A stretch of 64,000 bases of DNA from Amoebidium appalachense (taxonomy: Eukaryota; Protista; Ichthyosporea). The notes beneath the pieces were generated by a model. It saw only the letters and a program-made list of their open reading frames with translations, did no database searches and had not been told where the DNA came from. How positions within the stretch are numbered: the stretch's first letter is position 1; every line of letters begins with the position of its first letter. Below are positions 1-11,821 of the stretch, in pieces. The translations under genes and the position numbers were made by a program. The stretch is from NCBI GenBank assembly GCA_963693365.1, contig CAVNZM010000004.1, positions 10,382,468 through 10,446,467 on the forward strand, in the 5' to 3' direction.

Positions 1-18
1 CGAGCACATACCCCGCAG

Positions 19-378
19 GCGTGTTTGTGCACTACGAGGGGTGGGGTGTTGAATACGATGAGTGGGTGGCCCATCACCGAGTCATCAAGTGCACCTCCCC
101 CCCACCGGCAAACACGATGGGCCCAAAGGGAAAGGAGGATGATGATAGGTGGGAGAGAATACGCAAGATTGGTGAGTGTGTGTGTGTGTACCTGTGTGTA
201 CGTGAATGTAGGTGTGTCTACTTGTTGGTGTGTCTGGAACGGCGATGGTGGCGGCATATTATGTAGCATGTGTGTAAAGAGTTACATGCGGATGCTTGCA
301 TGATGTGATTGCAACAGACACACACACACACACACAGCACGCGCACACACACGCACACACACACGAACACACACACAT

Positions 379-416
<38 letters not shown>

Positions 417-474
417 ATGCTTAGGCATACAGACACATGTGGACACTCGCACACACACACACACACATCCACAT

Positions 475-514
<40 letters not shown>

Positions 515-591
515 CCTTTGGCACAAGCACACATGCACACACACATGGACAGGCATACAGACACACATACACAAACGGCCTGATACACAGG

Positions 592-669
<78 letters not shown>

Positions 670-887
670 CACACACACAGATCCCTCCGTCCCCATCTCC
701 GGTTGTTCAAAATCTTCTGCCTACACATCTGATTTGGGTTCTCTAAAAAGAAGTTTGGCATGGTTTTCTTATATCTGCCTTTCGTTTTGGCCACCCGCTT
801 CTGCTCCACCTCCCCCCCCCCCCCCCCCCCCCCCGACTCGCCGAAAACACACACATGTACACACACACACACACACGCACGCACGCA

Positions 888-949
<62 letters not shown>

Positions 950-1404
950 GGAGGAGATGCATGGGCGCTACCACACAGGCATCGTGTTTGACAGCACTAT
1001 GATGAAGCATGAGTGCTGCTGTAAGGAGCCTGAGACTTGGCACCCGGAGCAGCCTGCACGTATAGCATGGATCCTGGAGGTGTGTGTGTGTGTGGGGGGG
1101 GGGGGGGAGGGGGTGGGGGGAGGGGGGATGAGAATTTTCTCTTTTTGGGGAGGAGGGGGGAGGAGGGAGGCATCAGAGGCTGCAAGAGAATAGTGTGAAA
1201 ATGGATGAAAAGAGAGCGGGGGCGAATTAAGTGTGGATCATATGCATGTTTGGGGTGGTGTGAGATGATAGTACGGATTTGTGGGGTTTGTGTTTGCTGC
1301 TGTAGTGGTGTTTTTCCACCTGTGAAGCCATTATCACTCCCCCACCCCAGCCCTTTTACCCCCAGACCCAGTGATTAGTCTCATTCTCACAATCCTCCTA
1401 ACTA

Positions 1405-1448
<44 letters not shown>

Positions 1449-1810
1449 CGCGACCCCAAATTTTTTTTTTTTTTATCGGTGTTTTTTATTTTTTATTTTT
1501 AGTGCATGGACCAGGATGCACTGATCGACCGCTGCATCAAAGTGAGGGCACGGGAGGTCACAAACGACGAACTGGCACTGGTGCACACGGAAAAGCACAT
1601 CCAGGTGCGTGACTTCAATTTTTATGTGGCATTTTGATTGGGTGCTCTAAAAGTCACATTTGGGCTCCAGGGGGCTGGACTATAAGACGGTTGAAAACAA
1701 GAAACGGACTGTGGTGCACAATACAAGCAGAATATAAGTATAGAGTTGGTGGTGCTGGTGGTGGTATTGGTGAGGGTGGTGGCGGTGTCGGCACACCCGT
1801 GTGTGTGTGT

Positions 1811-1864
<54 letters not shown>

Positions 1865-2582
1865 GGGTGGCTTGGTTCGGAAGAGTGTGTGTGTGCCTGT
1901 TTTTTTGAGAGGAGCGGGGGGGAGGGGGAAGGGGGGGGGGGGGGGGGGAGAAAGAGAGAGATGGAGAGGGGGAAGGGGGGAGGAGGAGAGAAAGGGTTAG
2001 ACAAAACAGCGGGGAGGGCCGACTAAGATCCAGGAATGGAAGGGGTATAAGTTGCGCCTGGTGCTTTCACAGTGTCGTTTCAAGTGCACGTGCACGAACC
2101 AAAACACAAAACCACACTCACCCAGCAGCACACCCGGGAATGCAGTTCCTTAATCCTCCCCCCACCCTGCCCCCCATATATTTTTCTTGCTTCTGCTTAC
2201 TGCTGCAACTTTAACCCCCGGCCTTTCCCACTGTCCTTGCCTGCATAAGCAACCCTGCTCGTTTCTGATCAAGACGGGTGACCTACCCATGTTCAAGTGA
2301 AACAGTATCTGAGTTGGGTGTCGTTAACGAGGTGAATAGGCCGAAACTCGGGTACTGTGAATGACGTGGGCCCCCCTGAGGATGGGCTCTGCTTATTATG
2401 CATACTCTTTATGTATGGCTTGCATTCTGCATCGTGTTATCCGTTTGTTCTTGTGTACTTCGTACTTTTTGACGCATTATAACCCCCCCCCCCCCCCCCC
2501 CCCCCCCCCAAGCACGCACACACACGAACACTTAAAAATAACACATGCCCAACCACCCCCCCAACCACATGCACACATACAC

Positions 2583-2623
<41 letters not shown>

Positions 2624-2647
2624 CCGCACACACACGCGCGCACACGC

Positions 2648-2700
<53 letters not shown>

Positions 2701-2804
2701 TACACTCACTCACACACACAAAAAAACACAGACACACACAAACACAAACACAAACACACATCCACACAACCACACACGTACACACACACACATGCACCAC
2801 ATAT

Positions 2805-2878
<74 letters not shown>

Positions 2879-2915
2879 CCATCTGCAAACACCCACCCAC
2901 ACACACATGTACACA

Positions 2916-2954
<39 letters not shown>

Positions 2955-3718
2955 GCGCGCGCGCACACACACACACACATCCACCTGCCAACACCCTCTT
3001 TTTCTCTCTCTCTCGCCCACAAACACACACACCAACCCACCTACCCACCCACCTACCCACACCCACACCCACACCCACACACCCACCCACACACCCACCC
3101 ACACACATACACACACTTACACAGACATACGGCATTATGTCTGACACGGATAAGCCCAAGATTGAGCCTGAGATTGAGACGATGGAGTGTGGGGGCATTG
3201 GTGTTGCCTGTGATACGGTTTACAATAAGGACCACTCTCCCCTGGCTGCTTACTATGCCACAGGTGAGCTTGGGTGCCCCGTGCATTCATTCAGAGCATT
3301 CATCAACGCTAGTGTATATTCCATGACAGGCTCCCCCCCCCCCCCCCCCCCCTCCCCTCCCCCCAACAAAAAAAAAAAAAAAAAAGGGGGGGGGTTAGGG
3401 TGATGGTTTCTTTTTGTTGTGTTTCGACGCCTACATGTTTGCAGGACATTTTGTTTTCTTCATCTTTTGCTCAATGTCGTGCACATAGTGGGGCATTTTC
3501 CAGGTGTTTTTTTGTCTGAGTTTTCTTATTGGACACAATCACTGCACTGCTTCCACTCGACACGCCTACATACTTACGGACAAATGGGTTCACACGAACT
3601 TTCCCACACTTGCACACGGACAAGTACGTGCACGCTCACGGACACGCCCACACGTCGGGCCCCACACATCCACTTACACATTCTTATGCACACACGCATG
3701 CACGCACGCGCGCGCGCG

Positions 3719-3796
<78 letters not shown>

Positions 3797-3872
3797 TACA
3801 CACGCAAACACATACACACACACACACGCAAACACATACACCCACACACACACACACATACACGAGCACACA

Positions 3873-3920
<48 letters not shown>

Positions 3921-4158
3921 GTCTCTGCTTGAGATAGTTCAGAAGGTGGTGCAGGGGGACCTTCAGAATGGATTTGCCGTCATCAGACCTCCCGGCCACC
4001 ATGCGGAGGAGAGCGAGGCACTGTACGTGTGTGTGTGTGTGGGTGGGGTTGGGGGTGAGGGCGTGGGCGTGGGCGTGGGCGTGGGTGTGGGTGTCTTTGT
4101 TTCTGTTGTGTGGGTGTCTTTGTTTCTGTTGTGTGGGTGTCGGTGTTGATGGATGTGG

Positions 4159-4196
<38 letters not shown>

Positions 4197-4537
4197 ATGT
4201 GGGTGGGTGTGGGTGTGGCTGCGGGTGTGGTCGTGTATGCCTTTGTGTTACTTTTAGTGTAGGGATAGATAGGTGGTGTGTGTTCATGGGTATGCATGGG
4301 GCACAAATGTACATTGGTATGTCCGTGTATGTATGTATGGCTGTATGTATGTATATATGTATGTATATGTATGGATGTATGTATGAAGGTGCGAGCGCCT
4401 ACACACATACGTTGTACACATGGTTTGTGTGCGTGTGTGTGAGCTTGTGTTTCTCTATGCAGGTGTGCCTGTTTTGTCCTGGATGACACCGGTTAGGACA
4501 GAAACAAGCTCACTATTTCTCCCCGAATCCTCCCTCT

Positions 4538-4581
<44 letters not shown>

Positions 4582-5805
4582 CCCGCCCTTCCCAGCCCTC
4601 TCCCCTCTTTTTTTCATGAGGACGGGCTCTGTTCATGTTGCATACTTTGTACACATGTCTTTCCTTCTACATCCGTTTTTGGAGGGGCACCTTCTTCCAA
4701 CCCCCCCCCCCCCCCCTCCCCCTCCCCCTCCCTCCCCGGCCCTTCACCACCACCGACAAGTGCCACCCACAGATTTTACCAACCTCCGCTCCTGCACACT
4801 AAAGCTGAAAGTGTTCCCCTCCCCCTCCCCTCCTCCTCCCCCTCCCCTCCCCCTCTCTCCCTCTCCCCCTCTCCCCCTCTTTTATACTCCCCCTTAATGT
4901 TTTGTTTTAAACAGGGGGTTCTGCTTCTTCAACAATGTGTCTGTGGCCGCCACGTTTGCCACACAGCACATGGGCATCAAGAGGGTGCTGATTGTCGATT
5001 GGGACGTGCACCATGGAAACGGTACGTGATTGGCCGCGTTATCGGGAGGTTTTAGCCTGATTTGGTGTATGTACATGCAGCTTGAATTGCACCATACATA
5101 GGGTGGAAGGTGAGAGGGAGAACCCGATACATGTATGGCAGACGGGTGCCCTTTTTTCCCTCTGAAACAGGGGCTTTGCTTGAACATGTTTGATGCTCGC
5201 TGACACATAGCAGCCCTTCCAACAAAGAATGGGGGCTTTGGCTTAATTAGGGCAGCGCAATCAATGGTTCGGCTCATATGCTTGGTTTTGACGTCAACCG
5301 GGGAAATTTAACCCAATATCGTTCAACGTGCGAAAATGATTTTTTTTTTTGCCCTCGAAGAGGTCCCAAAACGACGGCCGATAGAATGAGATGTTTTCGG
5401 CGATGATTTGAAATACGAGAACATAGATTTTTAGGTTTATTACTTCCATAACAGGAGTCTGTTGGTGTCTTGGGGCGCATTTGTCCGGGGCCAGAAATTA
5501 ACCGTTTGTTTCTATTGGTGCATGCAGGCACACAAAACATGTTCTACAGCAGCCAGGAGGTGATGTACATCTCTCTGCACCGGCACGATGATGGCCGCTT
5601 CTATCCCTTCACCGGTGCCCCGGACGAGTGTGGGGAGGGAGAGGGGGAGGGCTACAACATCAACATAGCATGGAGAGGTAACCACCCGTACCATCCCCCC
5701 CCCCCCCCCCCCCCCCCCCCCAACCTCACCCCCACCCCCTACCCCATGCGCGGCGCGCCTGCCCGCCCACCTGCCTGCCCACAACACACGCACGCGCGCG
5801 CGCGT

Positions 5806-5850
<45 letters not shown>

Positions 5851-5945
5851 CACCTCCCTACCTCTGCTTCCTTGATCCAGTGATCCAGGCCAAACACATG
5901 TAGGCGCACATATGGATACATGTGCAGGCACATGTGGACTCACAA

Positions 5946-5976
<31 letters not shown>

Positions 5977-6392
5977 CAAAAGCACGAAAAGCATACAGAG
6001 ATATATGCATATCACACGTGGTGTGTGCGGGTAGACAAGCACACACACACACACACACACATGCAAACTCCAATTCCGCCAGGCAGGCATGCAGGCACAC
6101 ACCCCAGGCTCGCACAAGCAACACCCTATCCTCCCTCACGTTCTAGTTTTTCTATGCATCTTGCACCTACTTATCTAACCCCCCTTACCCCCACGCAGGC
6201 AAGCAGGGCTGCAGCAACGCGGAGTATCTTGCTGCCTTTCGTCACGTGATCATCCCCATAGCCCAGGAGTACAAACCTGAGCTGGTCATAGTGTCGGCTG
6301 GGTTTGATGCCGCTGAAGGCGATCTGATTGGGGGGTACTGCGTCACACCAGAAGGTGTGTGGGTGGATTGGCGGACTGGGGGACCGGGGCGG

Positions 6393-6429
<37 letters not shown>

Positions 6430-7130
6430 GGGGGAAGGGGGGGGGGGGGGGGATGAGAGAGGTAGTGTGGGTTTTTGTAAGTGTGGGCAAGTGGGTGGGC
6501 GGGTGGGTAGGTAGAATGGTGGGTGTGCCTGTAGTTTCCTCGCCGTGTGTGTGTGTGTTCATGGTGGAGATGTTGTGGAGGTAGTGACAAGGGGGGGGGG
6601 GGGGGGGGGGGGGAGAGGGGGGAGGGGGGCTGGGGGAGGTGGCAGGTGCGACGGTGGGAGTGGGTAAGGGCTCTGACCCCCCCCCTCCCCCCCCCCTTCC
6701 CCCCCCCCCCGGCCCCTCTCACCCCCTGAATGACGTGGCCCCTCCCGAGGATGGGCGCTGCTTATTATGCCAACTCGTTATGCGTGGTTTGAACTCTGCA
6801 TTGTGCTGTTCGTTATTTTTGTGTCCTTTGTGTGCTTACTAGCAACCCCCCCCCCCCCCCCCCCTCTCCCCCTTCCACCGCCACTGCTGCTCACCCTCAT
6901 GACCCACACCCACACATTTTTCCATCTTCTATTTGATCACCATGCATTAACGGTAAGCAGACGCTAAATGCTAATTGGTCCACTGTGTGACCTTTAACAG
7001 GCTATGCGCACATGACGTATGAGCTGATGCAGCTTGCCGGGGGCAAGATTGTGCTGTCGCTGGAGGGCGGCTATGACTATGGTGCCCTGCCAACCTGTGC
7101 CACTGCTTGCATGCGCGTGCTACTGGGTAC

Positions 7131-7165
<35 letters not shown>

Positions 7166-7246
7166 ACAATAGAACAACACACAAGCACACCCACACCCAC
7201 ACACAGAGAGAGAGAGAGAGAGGGGGGGGGGGGGGGGGGGAAGAGG

Positions 7247-7294
<48 letters not shown>

Positions 7295-7304
7295 GACGCA
7301 CACG

Positions 7305-7381
<77 letters not shown>

Positions 7382-7927
7382 CGTACATACACACACATAC
7401 ACACAGAAACACACAATCCCTTGTGCCAAATCTTACCCCCCACTCATCCCAACAGGACACAGTAGTATCAGAAACACACACACACACACACGTACATACA
7501 TAAACCTTCTAGCAGCCACAAGGCACATTTAGACACACCCAACACCAACCGACCCAGAATCATCGAATTTCCTCTAAAACTGCCAACCCACCTTTTACAT
7601 CCCATTCCTTCCACCACACCATCGCCTTCACCTCACAACCAACACAACCAACACGCCCAATACAAACAACAACACACCACACATACCCATTTCTCACTCT
7701 TTCCTTTGTTTACAGGTGAAGAGGTACCGCTCCTTCCATACATCCGCTCGCGCAACCAGTCCCCCCGCATGCCGACAAAGGCCGCCATTCAAGTGCTCAA
7801 AAACGTCATCAACATACAAAAGAAACACTGGCCCACTCTGGAGGTGCCGAAAACGTGGGAGATTCCATCCCGTGAGTTCAACATGAACAATAACGACAGC
7901 AGTAGGAAGAGCAACAGGGGGAAGTAG
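19..7927 (+). CDS. HDAC4: Class IIa-like (HDAC4/5/7/9-type) histone deacetylase with N-terminal chromo-barrel/Tudor-knot motif; 5'-partial, 10 exons in window
   Basis: GT-AG exons 19-171, 949-1079, 1503-1604, 3125-3263, 3920-4022, 4915-5021, 5528-5677, 6199-6354, 7001-7126, 7716-7927 join in frame to TAG. Motifs: [86 protein letters not shown]. The symbol denotes family, not proven orthology. Confidence 0.93.
2176..2482 (+). mobile_element. Poly(C)-tailed dispersed retroelement-like repeat, copy in HDAC intron
   Basis: Near-identical to 19006-19312 and 48072-48285. Ends ...GTACTTCGTACTTTTTGACGCATTATAA followed by a C-run, and is preceded by a C-rich tract. Confidence 0.85.
6727..6845 (+). 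mobile_element. Diverged 5'-truncated copy of the poly(C)-tailed repeat
   Basis: TGAATGACGTGGCCCCTCCCGAGGATGGGCGCTGCTTATTATGC matches the family. C-runs on both sides. Confidence 0.7.
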
Positions 7928-8124
7928 CGCGGCGGGGATCTAAAGGGAAGCGGTGCTGCAGCGCTTTTTTTTTTTTTATTTATTTATTTTTTTTTTTTTT
8001 TTTTTTTGCGCAACGAAGTGGGTTGATGGAGTGAGCCGGAGTGACTGGAGGGGTGGCTAGATCAGGCCAAGAGGACACCTTGTGGAAACCTCTGCCTGCC
8101 TTTATGTTGCTCTTTTTCCACCCT

Positions 8125-8155
<31 letters not shown>

Positions 8156-8902
8156 CGCCATGCCTAATACTGCTTCAATGGTGCCTCCCATCTATATTAG
8201 ATGTAACACTGCCCTTGGGGTGATGTCCGATAAATTGCTGTTCGGTTGCTAGGAGTGTATAAAAAGCCGCCTGAGAGAATAAGTTCTGTAGGGTTTTATG
8301 TAGCCTGCCAGAACATAAATATGTGGGTGGCTGGTTTTTTATGCACGAAGGCAGGTTAGTATGACTCTTGAACCTCTGAATGAATGAAGTTGCTAAAAAC
8401 AACCGTTGTTTAAAGGAGAGGAATATATGTCGTTTCATATTCAATTTGGTGTTTGGCATTTTTCCTTTGATTTTTGTATATTTGAATACATATCCGATTA
8501 CTGCAAAGAGCTATTTCAGGTGTGCAGTGGTAAACAGATTGAACGGATACTCGGTGGCTTTTGAACATTCAAATAACGGCCTACATGTACAGTCTGGCCC
8601 GCACATGCACACAGGCACTGCACATGCACATCACGCATACACGCCATGCATGCCATGTACCACATGGGCAACAAAATGCATCACGGCAATGCAAGCAGCG
8701 GATTTAATCGAACCTATTATGCATGCCGTGAATTGGCAGCCAAAGATTCTGAAGGCATATTCTTGTTTTTGACACATCTGTGAAAACGAGAGGCCATGAT
8801 AGTATGCACTGACATGCATGCAGGGCCATGCAGTTCTCACTGTATACAGTAAATAAAAGCTATCTGCAAGTTTACATGACGAGCTCACGACTAAACTAAT
8901 AA

Positions 8903-10500
8903 AATATGCATCCACGACCCCTATTCACCTCGGTTTTTCGCTAATATTTCCCTTAACTTTCGGCTTGTCTAATCAGCCTGAAATTTTTGTCAGTGTTTGG
9001 AATAACTCTGTTTTTAGCTTCACATTCATTTTCATGGTTATAGCATCATTTGTAAGTACACTTCATATAGTACGCACCCTTTGCGTGACTATCTATACAT
9101 GTATTATTTTGGGGGGAAAAGAAACCATGCTTTCATAAAATTATATAAAAATAGGCCTCTCAAAAACTTTGGAGCAGAACCGTGTGTGGCATTTGGCGCC
9201 GTCAAAATTGCAGCGTCACCGCCGCGCGGCGGCTTTCGAATTCAGAATCAGAAACGATTTGAAATGTGACATCAACTTCTTCTGACTCCCACAGAGTCGC
9301 GGCAATAAAATAGAGAGCTATGATTGGATAATGGAGCACCATTTATCGGCAGCTCATCAGCCGGCAATCCCGCAGACCGATGTACAGGAGCTTTAAAGCC
9401 GCCGCGACCTATAGTAAAAACCCAACTTCTAATAGTAAAGTGTAGGCTATTTAAAACCTTTTAACAAACAAATGGTACCGTTGGATAGAGCTCAATTAAT
9501 GAGCGATTTTGGCGCTTGGGTTGGGGGGGCTCCGATGAGCGGTTTCCGAAATATATTTTTTTTTCTTCTTTTGACTCGGTTTTATTGTTCCGTTGATGAA
9601 GGCAACGTGCAGCCACAGGCTACATAACCACCAATAGAACTGAAAAAGCCAAAGCTACGAAATAAAAATAAAGCGACAAGTGACAAAGGACACCAGCGGG
9701 CAAAACCTTAAGTGTACGTGTATGCGTGAAACTAGTTTGCTCCAACTAGTCATATGCATCGATGTTGACCAAGCCACACTCCGCAAGAAGACATCATTAC
9801 TGCTGCTGCCCAACAGGCCCCCCTCAAAACCTACCGAGGCACAGCAAGCAAGTCAGCCTCTAAAAGAGCAATGCAGAACAAATCTGAGCTAAAAAACAAT
9901 CCCAACGGGCCCGGCCCCTAGATAACCAGGAGAAACTGCATCTAGCTCTCTGATAAGGTGGCCTAGTTGTGGCAGGACACACAGAAAAACACAATTACCG
10001 AATGCATGCAAGCAAACCCCGTCATTGCCATACGACTGGAGGCTAAGGACTGGCAGTCACTTGGAAAGCTCCCCGACGACCAAGTAGCCGCCCCTCCACT
10101 CACGCAGCGCAGAAGTAGCTGAAGAAGTTGCAGCAGCCCACCGCCAATAGGTCGCGTAGAAGCTTAAGCGTAGACAGCGTGTAGAAGTTACCATAGGTTG
10201 CAGTGGACCACCAGGCGTTGAAGAAACCACTTCTCAAGCGAGAAACTCCGCGAAAGGGAGATGCCCCCACACTCTCACAGCAGTAGGAATACACCAGGCC
10301 ACACCACACACACGCTGCAGTCACGTTCCCATGAGCGGGGGTCCCTCGCACCATATAAAGAAGAAACGAAAGCCTTTATATACCTGCCATGGTGAATAAT
10401 CGGGAAAAAAAGTTGACGTGACAGCTAAGAGATCGAAGTGAAAGGGAAGTCCCGAAATATTAGCGAAAAACTGGGTGAATAGGGGTCGTGGATGCATATT
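8903..10500. mobile_element. Non-autonomous DNA transposon (~1.6 kb) with ~48-bp terminal inverted repeats
   Basis: Left AATATGCATCCACGACCCCTATTCACCTCGGTTTTTCGCTAATATTTC (8903-8950) is the near-perfect reverse complement of GAAATATTAGCGAAAAACTGGGTGAATAGGGGTCGTGGATGCATATT (10454-10500). No intact transposase ORF inside. Confidence 0.85.
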
Positions 10501-10563
10501 AGTACTGTCCGACCAGCAGAGATGAGGGATTCGAATTCTTTCTAAACAACAACAACAACAACC

Positions 10564-10610
<47 letters not shown>

Positions 10611-10635
10611 CCCCTCCGCTTCCGCCCGGCACCGG

Positions 10636-10676
<41 letters not shown>

Positions 10677-11189
10677 AAACAAAGAAAAAAGTACACATGC
10701 ACTGGAACACAGTAACTGCGTACACTTGCGTACATGTGTCGGTTTTCTGGTGTGGCCACGGTGTGCAGGTGCGCTCCTTGACACCTGGCTAATTCAATGA
10801 GCGCTCTAGATAGCTAATTAGTACTCTCGAGCTCATTGCAAGGCCAGGTGTCGATAAACTTCGACATGTGTGCGCACCGTTGATGAAACGTTCTCGGAGA
10901 GCATTAAAGAGGAGGAAGGAGAGAGTGTGTATGCGTGTGTACGTGCTTGCGTGTATGCGTGTGTATGCGTGTGTGCGTCTGTGCGTGTGTGGTTGTGTGC
11001 ACGTGTCGTGTGTGCGCACACATATCGCGAGATGTCGGACTCGGTTTCTTTTGGAACTCAGAGTTGCCAAGTTCGAGTTCACAAGTTCACAGAAGGAATG
11101 TCCCGGGACACTTGCGTAATGTTTTTAGCTGCTGTTTGTGACCATGATAAAGCAACCTTTAGTTGCATTTGTAAAATAATGGGATTTGA

Positions 11190-11440
11190 TGATTGGCTAT
11201 TAAAACACTTTTGAGCCAGTAGACCAATCGATTGCATAGATGTGCGACCGTGTCGCTGAGACCATCGATTGGCTACATTCCAAGGCCAAAAAGTTTAGAA
11301 GAGTAAACGGTACCGATTGGTTAAGGATTTTTAAACAATTTATAACATTTTTTCTAATCTTTTAAGAATAACAAAGTCACGTATATTACTAACCGCATTT
11401 TTGGCGCGCAAAGGTGAGCCCGTCATCATAAAAAGCCGAG
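11190..11440 (+). promoter_or_regulatory. Putative promoter: four CCAAT/ATTGG boxes, E2F-like site, TATA-like element
   Basis: ATTGG or CCAAT at ~11192, 11224, 11268 and 11316; TTTGGCGCGCAAA at 11400-11412; CATAAAAA at ~11427. All lie upstream of the ORF at 11822. Confidence 0.45.
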
Positions 11441-11821
11441 GCTCGGTCGTCATCCCCCGGCACTCTGCGTTTTTTCGTATTCTGTTTTGCAGGGATTTTT
11501 TCCTAAACTTTGACTGTGGCTAGGAAGCATCTTGAAATGGACCACTCGTTTTCTTAATCTTTTTATTTTTACGCTTTTTGAAAAAAAGAATGAGGAGGTG
11601 ACCTTTATCAAGCTTGGCGAAGTAGTGCAAGGAAATTAGTGCTACACTCACTAGGAGGCACGCTTTCCCCCTCTTCTTTTTTTGGTCCAGCAGGCAGATG
11701 TAACCGACAAAAAACAGTCGTTTTTATGTTTTTTTTTCCTCCCTATGTATTACACCCAGAATAGCAACGCTAAAATAGTATAAAATTCTTGCTCCCCACT
11801 ATTCTGCCTCTTCCAGCCAAA

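Noticed and set aside
2325-2392. Hammerhead ribozyme in the repeat (CCGAAAC-TCGG-GTA ... CTGAGGA; CTGATCA...GAAAC)
   Set aside because: Core words are present, but stems I and II do not close correctly in any topology I could build. The GAAAC segment also pairs better in the 14-bp stem.
8587-8845. TA-CAGT...ACTG-TA mariner-like MITE
   Set aside because: The inverted match beyond the first 6 bp is patchy; not supportable.
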